Virus record (IMG/VR): IMGVR_UViG_3300025121_000011
Coordinates: 261,474-325,473 of that record
Length of the DNA: 64,000 bases
Strand: one strand, 5' to 3'
Source: a virus
In this document: positions 26,642 to 36,724 of the stretch, one piece after another
Numbering within the stretch: the first letter of the stretch is position 1
Layout of the letters: every line of letters begins with the position of its first letter
Notes under the pieces: model-generated
The model's input: the letters and a program-made list of their open reading frames with translations, nothing else
Database searches by the model: none
What the model was told of the DNA's origin: nothing
Program-made: the position numbers and the translations under genes

Positions 26642-26998
26642 ATGGATAAAGCTTTAGAGGATAAATTTCTAGAAATTATTGAACAGATTCAAAATCTTCT
26701 TTCCAAAATTGATTTTAATACTGGTTCTAGACTTGTAAATGTTCTATATCCTGATGGCATCTGGAATAAAGATGGTAAACATTTAAGCCTTCAGACTGGA
26801 GAAATGCCAAGAGTTGGCGATCATATCAATCTTTATGTGGATGGATCGTGGCAAACCTTCCGCGTGGCAGATAAGATATTTGCTCCGGGTTGTACTCCTC
26901 ACCTTAGTCTCCATTTGACTTATCCTAATGATTCAGTAATTAAAGTACAAGCAAGACAAGAAGCGGAAGCAGAGAGGTTTATGAGTAGTCATGGGTAA
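26642..26998 (+). CDS. hypothetical protein
   Basis: SD AAGGAGGG. Confidence 0.5.
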   Translation: MDKALEDKFLEIIEQIQNLLSKIDFNTGSRLVNVLYPDGIWNKDGKHLSLQTGEMPRVGDHINLYVDGSWQTFRVADKIFAPGCTPHLSLHLTYPNDSVIKVQARQEAEAERFMSSHG

Positions 26999-27347
26999 TC
27001 TTTGTAAAACCGGAAAGGCTCGACAAATCGTATATGATGCTATTAAATATGTTCGAGAAACGGGCGAATCTAAGTGGGTTACGTTTGGGAAAAAACGTAT
27101 AAAGATTTATAGAGATAAAGGCTCCGCATACACAAACTCAGAACCTCCTGATAGTTTTGAGTTTGTTGGAAACGAACCTTGCGGCTGGCATCTTGTTAAA
27201 CATCATGGACGTGTAATTTTGACTGATGTTTATTCAAAGGATTATACATGGTGCTATCCCCCGGGCTCAAAAACCGCTTGTGTTATTCGACAAAAAGATC
27301 TATTAGCATATGTCCATCAAATTTATGACCGTAACTCGGAAGATTAA
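26991..27347 (+). CDS. hypothetical protein
   Basis: overlaps the previous stop (ATGA coupling). Confidence 0.5.
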   Translation: MGNLCKTGKARQIVYDAIKYVRETGESKWVTFGKKRIKIYRDKGSAYTNSEPPDSFEFVGNEPCGWHLVKHHGRVILTDVYSKDYTWCYPPGSKTACVIRQKDLLAYVHQIYDRNSED

Positions 27348-27788
27348 AATGCAAACTTAAAATGCAAACTCACGCTAAACCATATTTACCTGAAAGGTTT
27401 TAGCTGAGTGTTGTTCTGTTTTTATAGATGCACTTCCAATCATTGGCGTTACCAATTCGTGAATATAGGAGTTCCTTGTGATAACTTATAACTTTCCAAT
27501 TATCTTTAAAATTCCAAGTGAAGACGGAACAATCAACATGGAAATTTCGCCAAAAACCGTCGCCACAGCTATAGCGAGATCAAATTATGGATCTAAAAGT
27601 GTTTTAGAAGCATTAATCGAAGAAAGGATCAAGAAATGATTGAAGATTACATTTCGCGACATCAATCAAATTTGGATCCGGGTGATGATAATGATTTTAA
27701 ATTTTATAAAATTGCAATCCATAGAAATACTGCCAAACTAAAAGAACTGTTAGGCGATGGTTGGTTTTAAACTGGAGTTAAATATATA

Positions 27789-28007
27789 ATGAATACATCA
27801 GATCACAAACAGTTACTTGAAACAATTTCCAGATTACTTGAAGAGTTTGAAACAAAACATTCTACGGTGATTGGATGCTTTTTAGACTTAGAAACCGGAG
27901 AAAGATCTCCAGACAGTATCATTTCTCAATCTTTATGGTATGAATGGGGCGGAAAAGCGTTTAATCCATGCCCTAGTTGGAGATTAGAAAAGGTTCGCAA
28001 GGCATAA
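27789..28007 (+). CDS. hypothetical small protein
   Basis: ORF in a packed operon. Confidence 0.4.
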   Translation: MNTSDHKQLLETISRLLEEFETKHSTVIGCFLDLETGERSPDSIISQSLWYEWGGKAFNPCPSWRLEKVRKA

Positions 28008-28025
28008 CGCGTTTCGAGGTATATT

Positions 28026-28316
28026 ATGCCGTCTGTTACTATTACGTTCAAACCTGTTTCAAATAAAAAATTCAGAGTTGCGCCAAAAGCAATTCATTCA
28101 GAAGTTGTAACAGCGCTTTGTGCTATGCTGAAACAAGAAATAAATGAAGCAGAAAGGGAAGGGCGATTACCAGAATTTGTTTCGGGATATTGTGGATACT
28201 TACCACTTGTTCCAATTAAAGATTACGAAATTCACGACAAATCGATCCCAAAAGAATCAGAGTGGATTGATGATTCAGATACATTTGAAATGGAAATTAT
28301 CAATGGAGATTTATAG
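28026..28316 (+). CDS. hypothetical protein
   Basis: SD-like GAGG upstream. Confidence 0.45.
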   Translation: MPSVTITFKPVSNKKFRVAPKAIHSEVVTALCAMLKQEINEAEREGRLPEFVSGYCGYLPLVPIKDYEIHDKSIPKESEWIDDSDTFEMEIINGDL

Positions 28317-28568
28317 ATGGGTAAGTTTAAACAAGTAACGGAAACGAATCACAAACTTGAAATCCAAATTTTAGATGAAAACGGACAACTTACAAAATTA
28401 GCTTTCGATCTAATTCGGCAAGGTCTTCGTAACTATATGGAAGATGCTTGGGATGATCATCATCGCTCAGCCGTTATAATTCCAGAGAACGCAGAATACG
28501 CCCTTCAAATCATTGAACCGGATGATAATGATTCTACAAAACTTGTTATCACATGGCATACAAAATGA
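28317..28568 (+). CDS. hypothetical protein
   Basis: start abuts the previous stop. Confidence 0.45.
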   Translation: MGKFKQVTETNHKLEIQILDENGQLTKLAFDLIRQGLRNYMEDAWDDHHRSAVIIPENAEYALQIIEPDDNDSTKLVITWHTK

Positions 28569-28837
28569 GTTATGCATTCGAACATCTGTTTTTTCAGTGA
28601 AGCATTTGGTATATAGGAAAGGTTAATAACCTGGAATAAACAGTTACATAGAATTTATTAAGGCTGACAGCAATGTTATTTTGCATGAAGCTAATTGACT
28701 TTGTTGTTAGCCTTAAGTGGTTAACAGCAGTTACCGCTGGTGTAAAAACCCTTACGGGGATTCTACTACTTTGATCTCGTGTCACACTAATTTTTTTTAA
28801 TAAAATTTTAAAAAAGTTTGGTGGGGCTGTTTTTTGT

Positions 28838-28870
28838 TTAGCTTAAAAAGATAATCATCTGTATAATAAT
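28838..28870 (+). promoter_or_regulatory. sigma70-like promoter (-10 TATAAT)
   Basis: TTAGCT, 18 nt spacer, TATAAT, about 60 nt upstream of the operon starting at 28927. Confidence 0.35.
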
Positions 28871-28926
28871 GGATTGTGTAGCTCGCCTATGTGTGAGTTG
28901 AGTTTTAACTTGAGGGACCAATAATA

Positions 28927-29130
28927 ATGTTACAACCAGGACCCGCCATTTGGCGCACCGATGTTTATGATGTCGATGTAGAAATCGTTAGATATCTCGG
29001 TACTACAGATGGGGTGCGTTATTATATGATCCGTAATGATTCTGGCGAAACAGGTGTGCCAGAAACTGAGTTGATTGTTAAAAAACAAAATATAATTTTT
29101 GATTGGGCAGATATCTTTTTCCATGGATGA
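28927..29130 (+). CDS. hypothetical small protein
   Basis: SD GAGGGA; sigma70-like promoter about 60 nt upstream. Confidence 0.4.
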   Translation: MLQPGPAIWRTDVYDVDVEIVRYLGTTDGVRYYMIRNDSGETGVPETELIVKKQNIIFDWADIFFHG

Positions 29131-29605
29131 AATGATGAAATTAATCATGTGGAGAATTTTGGTTCCGGCCTATGGTCGTCAAGAATCATTTTCTTATGAA
29201 CATTATAAGGCGTGGGTGAATTACGTTCACTCTATTGCTGGAGGGTTTACAGTTTCTCAGGGAGTTAAGGGTCAATGGACATCTCCTGATGGAATCATCT
29301 TTCGAGATAGAATGATTCCAGTGGACATTCTTTGTAGTCGAAAACAGATTAAAAAGATTATTGATTTTACTCTTGTTCATTATAAACAAAAAGCCGTCTT
29401 GGCTTATAAGATTAGTGAAGAAGCTATCATTAGATACAGTGAAGAAGTTCCTGTTGAGCCTGTTGCGGTTGTGAAGCCTCTTCTGTTGCATGATTATTCT
29501 TATCAATTTGCTCCTGGATGGTATAAGTGTAATTTGTGTGGTCACGAAGTTCATTATAAAAATTATAATTATGTTTATCCCGAGCGTTGTCCCGGACCGG
29601 AGTAA
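29123..29605 (+). CDS. hypothetical protein with C-terminal CxxC...C motif
   Basis: ATG 29123 overlapping the previous stop; track start 29099 is TTG. Confidence 0.5.
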   Translation: MDEMMKLIMWRILVPAYGRQESFSYEHYKAWVNYVHSIAGGFTVSQGVKGQWTSPDGIIFRDRMIPVDILCSRKQIKKIIDFTLVHYKQKAVLAYKISEEAIIRYSEEVPVEPVAVVKPLLLHDYSYQFAPGWYKCNLCGHEVHYKNYNYVYPERCPGPE

Positions 29606-29610
29606 AATTT

Positions 29611-30069
29611 ATGGGAAATCATGCACTTAGACGACAAACTTCTATGGCTCTTAGAGCGGCAGGTTTGCCGCATAAACTTTATCGCGGGAAGAGTCGTGTC
29701 GCATGGAAATATCTACATGCGAAGACTCTTAGAAATATGATTAAGGAAGCGGATCGTCGTGTTGGAGACTTAATTAATGATTGCGATGGATTTAATCATC
29801 GCATTACAAAGGTGAATGTTTCCTATGGTTGGAATGGTGTTCTAATGTTTAATGCATATAATTTGGAAGATAAACATTGGTCTTGTGGTTGTTCTGGTCG
29901 GTCGGATGATTCAAAGACTGTTGAGCAGATTGTTGCATTTTTTAACGTTACAGATCAACAGGTTGTTGAGATGGGTGATTGGTGGACTGAAAATGATCAG
30001 AGGTTGCTTGATAAAATTAAAGCAGGCGAGCCAATCTGTGATAAGGATGGGATTAAACTTCCGTTATAA
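29611..30069 (+). CDS. hypothetical protein
   Basis: ATG 29611 (track start 29587 is TTG). Confidence 0.5.
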   Translation: MGNHALRRQTSMALRAAGLPHKLYRGKSRVAWKYLHAKTLRNMIKEADRRVGDLINDCDGFNHRITKVNVSYGWNGVLMFNAYNLEDKHWSCGCSGRSDDSKTVEQIVAFFNVTDQQVVEMGDWWTENDQRLLDKIKAGEPICDKDGIKLPL

Positions 30070-30101
30070 ATAAAAAAGATGATGTAAATATAAGGAGTAA
30101 G

Positions 30102-30629
30102 ATGAGTAATCTTGTAGCAGATAAAGCAGCGCGGGGTCGGAAGCATTGTCCCAAGTGTGATAAGTATCCGGGAGTTCGTAGCAATACTTGTCCTAATTGT
30201 GGATATTTATTTGTGGTGTCTGAAAAACCCAAAGAGTCAGATTCGATTAAAATCAAAATTAAAATAGCGAAAGATATTAGTGTGGATGATGAAACTTCTC
30301 AGGATACTTCGTCAAGAGATAAAGAAGAAGTTAAAAAGATATCTGCACCGGGTTATATTCAGGGACAGGATTACGTTTTGATTCCTGCCGGCAAATGTCC
30401 TGTTTCTTTGGATGGACAAAGTATTAATGAGATTAGAGTCTGGATGAAGGCGGTTAGAGATGTTTATAATCAAGGATATTTATCCACGGAGGCTCTTTGT
30501 TATTGGGTTAGAAATTTTTATCCATTCTTTTATTTAAAAGATGGTAAGGTTGTAGCTGATGACACTGGAGATAAAATTCGAGCGATCATTGAAAGGCTTG
30601 ATGGATCAATTATTTTAGAAAAGGAGTGA
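30102..30629 (+). CDS. zinc-ribbon-containing protein
   Basis: CPKCDK...CPNCGY N-terminal zinc ribbon; SD AAGGAG. Confidence 0.5.
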   Translation: MSNLVADKAARGRKHCPKCDKYPGVRSNTCPNCGYLFVVSEKPKESDSIKIKIKIAKDISVDDETSQDTSSRDKEEVKKISAPGYIQGQDYVLIPAGKCPVSLDGQSINEIRVWMKAVRDVYNQGYLSTEALCYWVRNFYPFFYLKDGKVVADDTGDKIRAIIERLDGSIILEKE

Positions 30630-30633
30630 AATT

Positions 30634-31176
30634 ATGTTTGGAAAGAAAAAATATGGTTGGTTTAGTGCAAGGGCTGCTGAAGCTTGTGGTACGTTCGCGT
30701 ATCACAATATAAGTGGTGAGGTAATCACCGTTACCGTTGTTGGTTCTAATCCGTTTTCCCCTTCAAGTTTTTGGGGAGATGAAGTTTTTATTGGAGAAGT
30801 TTTTGGATATGTAGCAAGTAACTTGAAGCTTAGCTTTTTTGATAAAAATTTGATTTATAAGGAGTCTAAAACGATTAGTAATTATGTGATCGGTAGTCCT
30901 AATCTTAACTCTTCAGATCACTTTGATTATGATAAATTTATCAATTGTGAAATTCCAAAATATATTGGTGTGGATCCGGTTAGGTCGGAGGATCTTTCTT
31001 CATTGGATTTTTCTCCATATGAACAGCATCAAATTTGTGGAGATTTTCGTTTGATTTCAAATCCAAATGATGGATGCGGTGGAGTAAGAAAGTGGGTTAG
31101 CCTTGCAGCTATTCGTTCAGAGGGAGTGTCTGGCGCGTTTTATGACGCGGATATGATGTTTGATCCAACTGAATAA
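30634..31176 (+). CDS. hypothetical protein
   Basis: SD AAGGAGTG. Confidence 0.5.
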   Translation: MFGKKKYGWFSARAAEACGTFAYHNISGEVITVTVVGSNPFSPSSFWGDEVFIGEVFGYVASNLKLSFFDKNLIYKESKTISNYVIGSPNLNSSDHFDYDKFINCEIPKYIGVDPVRSEDLSSLDFSPYEQHQICGDFRLISNPNDGCGGVRKWVSLAAIRSEGVSGAFYDADMMFDPTE

Positions 31177-31212
31177 ATTGATTCATAAAATATAAATAAT
31201 CAGGAGGTTATC

Positions 31213-31536
31213 TTGTATAAGAAAACCGTATTTCATTTTGAGCAACCGTTTTGTAGTTGTAATGTTTTAGATCTTGCTTGGGGTATGGTGGCTGTAAATG
31301 GCGCGCCGTGTATGTCTTTTCAATGTAGGACTTGTGCAACCGCAATTACAATTCCGTTACCAAAACTAAATGCGGGATTTGAATTTAGTTTTAAAGCAGA
31401 AGGAGTTACGGTTAAGGGTGAGGAAAGGGAGATTCCAAATCCAGAGATTATTAAGGAACCGAAAGATAGTGGATTGGTTGTCATTGGTAATGTAACGTAT
31501 GGACCATGGGCGGGTGTTGAAATCCCTGAAGAATAA
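31213..31536 (+). CDS. hypothetical Cys-rich protein (TTG start)
   Basis: SD CAGGAGG 6 nt before TTG. Confidence 0.4.
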   Translation: MYKKTVFHFEQPFCSCNVLDLAWGMVAVNGAPCMSFQCRTCATAITIPLPKLNAGFEFSFKAEGVTVKGEEREIPNPEIIKEPKDSGLVVIGNVTYGPWAGVEIPEE

Positions 31537-31565
31537 TATAAACAATTTAATTAAAAGAGGTGCTT

Positions 31566-32453
31566 ATGAATATGAGTAAGATGATTCTTGTGATGATTGG
31601 CGTTGGTATGTTTTCCGGTTGTGTGATTCCGCCGGGAACCGTGGCGATTGAAACCTCTGTATGTGGCGATATGCCTGACGCAGAACGATATACTGTAGTT
31701 CGCAGTGGTCGGGTTTGGTCTGGACCATGTACCGAAATTTATACTCTGCCAACTCGCGAGCAGCGAGCGGTGTGGACTTTAGATCCTACGGATGGTTCTC
31801 CCAATGATGAGAGTATTACTTTTGCGGGAGTAGATGGACAGCCAGTTAATGCGGATATCGGTATTTCATATTCTATTGGAGTTGACGATTCCAGTATCAT
31901 TGCAATGATTAGGACTTATGGCCCTGATCTTGAAAGTACAATCGACTCTAAGGTTCGAGATTATGTTCGAGATTCGCTTAATGCATGCGCCAGCGAGAAT
32001 AATCGAACGGTGCAGGATCTTTATGGTGTATTTAAGACTGAGACTGTAGCTTGTGCTCAGGAGCGAACTCAAAAGGAATTTGGGCCAAACGGTTTGGTGA
32101 TTAATCGACTGACGCTCAATTCAGAAATTAGACTTCCTGCGAAGATTAAGCAAGCAATGGAAATGGCTCAGGCTGCAACTCAGGAAGCAGATCGAGTTAG
32201 TCGAGAGGTCCAAATGACTGAGGCAGAGGCTCGTAAACAGCTTGTATCTGCTCAGGCTGACGCTGATTCTCTGCGAATTAGATCTGAATCTGAGGCTGAA
32301 GCAAACCGGATTATTACTCAGTCTCTGACAAAGGAAGTGTTGGAGCTTCGCAGGTTGGAGGTAGAAGAGGCTTTGATTGGAAAATGGAATGGTTCCGTTC
32401 CCACTACTGTTTTGAGTGGTGAAAGTAATATGCTATATAATATTGGCAAGTAA
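31566..32453 (+). CDS. SPFH/band-7 (HflC/prohibitin-like) domain lipoprotein
   Basis: signal peptide with lipobox (GMFSGC); coiled Ala/Glu-rich region typical of SPFH proteins; SD AAGAGGTG. Confidence 0.6.
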   Translation: MNMSKMILVMIGVGMFSGCVIPPGTVAIETSVCGDMPDAERYTVVRSGRVWSGPCTEIYTLPTREQRAVWTLDPTDGSPNDESITFAGVDGQPVNADIGISYSIGVDDSSIIAMIRTYGPDLESTIDSKVRDYVRDSLNACASENNRTVQDLYGVFKTETVACAQERTQKEFGPNGLVINRLTLNSEIRLPAKIKQAMEMAQAATQEADRVSREVQMTEAEARKQLVSAQADADSLRIRSESEAEANRIITQSLTKEVLELRRLEVEEALIGKWNGSVPTTVLSGESNMLYNIGK

Positions 32454-32463
32454 AGGAGATTTT

Positions 32464-32727
32464 ATGGTCTTGGGCATTAGTGGTTTGCTTCTTATTATTG
32501 TAATCGTAATGCTTGTTTTGGGAATAACAATGATTGTGCCCAAGACTATACTTCTTTATAGTTCATGGAGTTATGATAATAAAATTAAGAAGTTGAAATT
32601 AGAACAAGAAAAGATACACACCAGAGCGTTAGAGGAGTTGGCTATAAATGCACAGCTATCTAACGACTGGTGTAATGTGCGTTCAGATAAAGCGAATAAA
32701 CAAGAAGAATTTAAAGAAAAGATTTAA
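32464..32727 (+). CDS. small membrane protein
   Basis: N-terminal TM (LLLIIVIVMLVLGITMIV); SD AAGGAGA. Confidence 0.45.
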   Translation: MVLGISGLLLIIVIVMLVLGITMIVPKTILLYSSWSYDNKIKKLKLEQEKIHTRALEELAINAQLSNDWCNVRSDKANKQEEFKEKI

Positions 32728-32736
32728 GGATTGATT

Positions 32737-33099
32737 ATGCATTACGTGTTATGGATTGATGATGAACCAGCCAGATATAATCTTCTTTGTGGGGATTTTT
32801 CTGATACACTTTTTATCTTTGCATGTGGTGTAAAGCAAATCAATCATTATCTTAATCATGCAAAAATTAAATGGGATTTGATTTTATTGGACCATGATAT
32901 GGGAAGTGCCATTAATGGGATGGAGGTTTGTAAAAAATTTTTGGGAGAAAGAGGATTTAGAGTTGCTTGTGTTAGTAATAATACACCAAGGCGATTGGAT
33001 ATGATTGCTTATTTAAAAGAGTATGCCGTTCCGGTATATGACATTTCAGTAACTGATACGAATTTTTCTGCAAAAATAATTCAATTGTTAACCTTATAA
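32737..33099 (+). CDS. CheY-like receiver (REC) domain-like protein
   Basis: VLWIDDEP ... DLILLDHDMG pattern resembling REC acidic pocket and phospho-Asp motifs. Confidence 0.35.
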   Translation: MHYVLWIDDEPARYNLLCGDFSDTLFIFACGVKQINHYLNHAKIKWDLILLDHDMGSAINGMEVCKKFLGERGFRVACVSNNTPRRLDMIAYLKEYAVPVYDISVTDTNFSAKIIQLLTL

Positions 33100-33183
33100 T
33101 ATATGAGATGCTATAGGAACAAACGCACTCAATTCTCAGGATATTTATAAGGTTCTATTTAAAAAAGAATAATGGAGGGAGTG

Positions 33184-33405
33184 ATGGATCTTAAAGTTAA
33201 AACTATTCATGCAAAGAGTTTGATTTACGGTGCTGCGTTTAAGGCTATGTATTGGACGTTAGGAAAAGAAGATGAGATTACGCGATATACATTAGAGGTT
33301 TATCGCAAAACTCGTAGGCAAATTCCGGGTTGGAAAGATCCTAAGACTGGCCGGTCTACACGTTACGGTGCTAATGAGGCATATGAATCTACTCGAAAAG
33401 ATTAA
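33184..33405 (+). CDS. hypothetical small protein
   Basis: SD GGAGGGAG. Confidence 0.4.
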   Translation: MDLKVKTIHAKSLIYGAAFKAMYWTLGKEDEITRYTLEVYRKTRRQIPGWKDPKTGRSTRYGANEAYESTRKD

Positions 33406-33406
33406 A

Positions 33407-33769
33407 ATGAATTATAAGAAAGCAATTATATGTTTACCGGAAGAGCATATTGTGCTTCGTGACGTATCAGTAAAATCAACTGAAATTGAAGGGTTGATTA
33501 TGATAACCGGGCAGAGGAAAATTGTAGCAGAAGAAAGGTTGGCGAGTAAATTTCAAATCAAAGTAGAAGTGCAAAGATCTAAGTGGTCAATATGGCGGCT
33601 GTTTGGATTTCAGACTTATTTTAAGTATGAAATAAATTTGCCAAGTGATTGGAATGCAAAATATAGTTGTTATGTTGATGATTATATTTGCATCAGATAT
33701 GAATATATTACAAAAAGCTACATCGTATCTATATATTCTACACAGATTTTCTTTGAAGAAGTTGTCTAA
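33407..33769 (+). CDS. hypothetical protein
   Basis: ATG 33407 overlapping the previous stop. Confidence 0.4.
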   Translation: MNYKKAIICLPEEHIVLRDVSVKSTEIEGLIMITGQRKIVAEERLASKFQIKVEVQRSKWSIWRLFGFQTYFKYEINLPSDWNAKYSCYVDDYICIRYEYITKSYIVSIYSTQIFFEEVV

Positions 33770-34130
33770 GTTTTACCTATTCCAACTGAATTGCGAGAGC
33801 GAAAAAGAGTGGATTGATTTTTATTATGGTTTATCAGTCCTCCTTCATATTTAGTTATATAATTGCTTATACGGTTGTTTTAGATGTTTTGTCTATATTT
33901 AAATAGCAATATACAAAAGATATACGTCTAAGAAAAGTTTGAATTAAGTAAAAATATTTAGATAGCGATAAAATTCAGTATCTGTTGAGTTTGTTAGAGA
34001 AATTTATACACAAATTGATGAAGTTAATATCATTGGGTATTATTCTTCTTATGATGTTATTCATGTTGATGTTAACCGATGAACAGAAGAAATCGGTGAT
34101 ATATAATATGGATGCAATTGGAGGTTGGAA

Positions 34131-34631
34131 ATGATCTCATCAAGAGATTTGATTCTTTTTATTAATCCTCCAAAATATTTATCCGTATTGATTGCTTATA
34201 CAGTTGCCGCAGATGTTCTGCCTATATTTGAAAAGCATTTTCCGAAGGATTTGAGACCGAGAAAAGCTGTTGAAGCGTCTAAGATGTATTTGGATGGATA
34301 TGCGGTTGATGCTGCTGCTTATGTTGATGCTCCTTCTGCTCATTATGCTCCTTCTGCTCATTATGCTGCTGTTGCTGTTAATGCTGCTGATGCTTATGCT
34401 GCTGCTAATGCTGCTGCTAATGCTGTTTATTTTACGGCCAAAGATTCTTCCGAAGAACACATCTTTAACCTAATTTTATCTCTGCTTCCTCAGATGATCG
34501 ATTATGCTGTTGAAAATCAAGTTAAGTTATTCACCGGGTCTGGAGACTTCTCAGAAATATTTGAGATGTTAACCGATGAACAGAAGAAGCTGGTGATATA
34601 CAATATGGATGTAATTGGGAATTGGAAATGA
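34131..34631 (+). CDS. tandem-array protein 1: conserved N/C domains with hypervariable Ala/Tyr/Asn-rich core
   Basis: ATG 34131 (SD GGAGG); ends about 90% identical at DNA level to copies 2 and 3; core built of GCT-rich degenerate repeats. Confidence 0.6.
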   Translation: MISSRDLILFINPPKYLSVLIAYTVAADVLPIFEKHFPKDLRPRKAVEASKMYLDGYAVDAAAYVDAPSAHYAPSAHYAAVAVNAADAYAAANAAANAVYFTAKDSSEEHIFNLILSLLPQMIDYAVENQVKLFTGSGDFSEIFEMLTDEQKKLVIYNMDVIGNWK

Positions 34632-35185
34632 TTTCATCAAAAGATTTGGTTTTATTCATTAATCCTCCTAAATATTTATCCGTATTGATTGCTTATACAG
34701 TTGCCGCAGATGTTCTGCCTATATTTGAAAAGCATTTTCCGAAGGATTTGAGACCGAGAAAAGCTGTTGAAGCGTCTAAGATGTATTTGGATGGATATGC
34801 GGTTGATTCTGCTACCGCTGTTAATGCTGCTAATGCTGCTGCTAATGCTGCTTATGCTGCTGTTAATACTGCTGCTAATGCTGCTGCTAATGCTGCTGCT
34901 TATGCTGCTGCTTATGCTGCTGCTTATGCTGTTTATTATGTTGATGCTACTGATGTTGCTGCTAATGCTGCTTATGCTGCTTGTTATGCAGCCAAAGCCT
35001 CTTCCGAAGAACACATCTTTAATCTTATTCTATCTCTGCTTCCTCAGATGATCAATTATGCTGTTGAAAATCAAATCAAGTTGTTCACCGGACCTGGAGA
35101 TTTCTCAGAGATATTTGAGATGTTAACCGATGAACAGAAGAAGCTGGTGATATACAATATGGATGTAATTGGGAATTGGAAATGA
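34628..35185 (+). CDS. tandem-array protein 2 (hypervariable core)
   Basis: ATGA start/stop overlap with copy 1; core differs in length and sequence. Confidence 0.6.
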   Translation: MISSKDLVLFINPPKYLSVLIAYTVAADVLPIFEKHFPKDLRPRKAVEASKMYLDGYAVDSATAVNAANAAANAAYAAVNTAANAAANAAAYAAAYAAAYAVYYVDATDVAANAAYAACYAAKASSEEHIFNLILSLLPQMINYAVENQIKLFTGPGDFSEIFEMLTDEQKKLVIYNMDVIGNWK

Positions 35186-35691
35186 TTTCATCAAAAGATT
35201 TGGTTTTATTCATTAATCCTCCTAAATATTTATCTGTATTGATTGCTTATACAGTTGCCGCAGATGTTCTGCCTATATTTGAAGAGAAGTATCCGAAGGA
35301 TTTAAGACCGAGAAAAGCTGTTGAAGTTGCTAAGATGTATTTGGAAGGATATGCTGCTGATGCTTATGATGCTGCTATTTATTATGTTACTGATGCTGCT
35401 TATGCTATTGATGCCACTGTTTATGCTGCTAATGCTGCTTATTATGCTGCTTATGCTGCTTATGCTGTTACTTATAATTCTGATGCTGCCTATGCCGCTT
35501 ATTATGCAGCTAAAGCTTCTTCCGAAGAACACATCTTCAACCTGATTTTATCTCTGCTTCCTCAGATGATCAATTATGCTGTTGAAAATCAAATTAAGTT
35601 ATTCACAGGACCCGGAGATTTCTCAGGAATATTTGAGATGTTAACCGATGAACAGAAGAAGCTGGTGATATTCAATATGGATGTAATTTAA
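35182..35691 (+). CDS. tandem-array protein 3 (hypervariable core)
   Basis: ATGA overlap with copy 2; same conserved ends. Confidence 0.6.
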   Translation: MISSKDLVLFINPPKYLSVLIAYTVAADVLPIFEEKYPKDLRPRKAVEVAKMYLEGYAADAYDAAIYYVTDAAYAIDATVYAANAAYYAAYAAYAVTYNSDAAYAAYYAAKASSEEHIFNLILSLLPQMINYAVENQIKLFTGPGDFSGIFEMLTDEQKKLVIFNMDVI

Positions 35692-35721
35692 ACAATAATC
35701 TGAACAATAGAGGATAATGAT

Positions 35722-36687
35722 ATGAAGCTTGAAGAAATTGGTTTTTATAGTTTGCACGATGAGCGAGCCAAAAATACTTCGTCCTCTTCTCCTATGCAAC
35801 GATGCGAAGTTTTAATTACGGAGGATTGCAATTTTAGTTGTCCTTATTGCAAGATGAAGAAGAATAGTTCTTATCTTTCTTTTGAAGATGCAAAAACCCT
35901 TATTGATTATTGGGCAGATGATGGATTAGTTAATATTCGATTCTCCGGAGGAGAGCCGACTATGAATCCGTATCTTTATCAGATGGTAGAATATGCTAAG
36001 AGTCGCGAGATTAAACGGATAGCTATTTCTACCAATGGCTCCATGGTAACCGAGGTTTATCACGATCTGGTTCAAGCGGGAGTAAATGACTTCTCTATTT
36101 CACTTGATGCTTGTTGTGCATCTGATGGAGATATTATGGCAGGTGGTGTTGAGGGCTCTTTTAATAGGGTGATTGAAAATATCAAATATTTGTCAGCAAG
36201 AACATATGTTACGGTAGGAGTTGTTATTACTCATGAGAATGTTTCTAATGTGGCGAATATTGTTCGTTTTGCTCATGAACTTGGAGTTGCGGATATTCGC
36301 TTGATTTCTGCTGCACAATATAATGTTCTTTTAAAAGGAGTAGAGGATATCGATCCACAGATACTTGAGGCTCACCCGATTCTTAAGTATCGAGTTAATA
36401 ATATTTTAGCCGGCCATAATGTGCGCGGTATGAAAGATTGTGATTCTCATACTTGTTATTTAATTCAGGACGATTCTGTGGTAGTTAATGGGAAGCATTA
36501 TCCTTGTGTTATTCATATGAGGGAAAGTGGTAAACCAATTGGAAAGATTGGACCAAATATGCGACAGGAAAGAATTGCTTGGATGAAAAATCATGATCCT
36601 CATGATGACCCGATATGCAGATCGAATTGCTTGGATATTTGTATTCTATACTCTAATAAGGTAAGATCATTTCACAAGGACATTTAA
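35722..36687 (+). CDS. radical SAM enzyme with C-terminal Cys-rich SPASM/twitch-like domain (MoaA/PqqE/anSME-like)
   Basis: CNFSCPYC (CxxxCxxC) motif, GGEPTMNP and ISTNGS radical-SAM motifs, C-terminal cluster of about 7 Cys. Confidence 0.7.
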   Translation: MKLEEIGFYSLHDERAKNTSSSSPMQRCEVLITEDCNFSCPYCKMKKNSSYLSFEDAKTLIDYWADDGLVNIRFSGGEPTMNPYLYQMVEYAKSREIKRIAISTNGSMVTEVYHDLVQAGVNDFSISLDACCASDGDIMAGGVEGSFNRVIENIKYLSARTYVTVGVVITHENVSNVANIVRFAHELGVADIRLISAAQYNVLLKGVEDIDPQILEAHPILKYRVNNILAGHNVRGMKDCDSHTCYLIQDDSVVVNGKHYPCVIHMRESGKPIGKIGPNMRQERIAWMKNHDPHDDPICRSNCLDICILYSNKVRSFHKDI

Positions 36688-36724
36688 ACTAGTTAAACAT
36701 AAAAACTAAAAATATGAGGTAATA

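Noticed and set aside
34179-35532. Minus-strand ORFs rich in SISSIS repeats and plus-strand Leu/Met-rich ORFs (34270-34473, 34767-35051, 35321-35545)
   Set aside because: They are reverse-complement or frame-shifted readings of the GCT-repeat cores of the tandem array genes.
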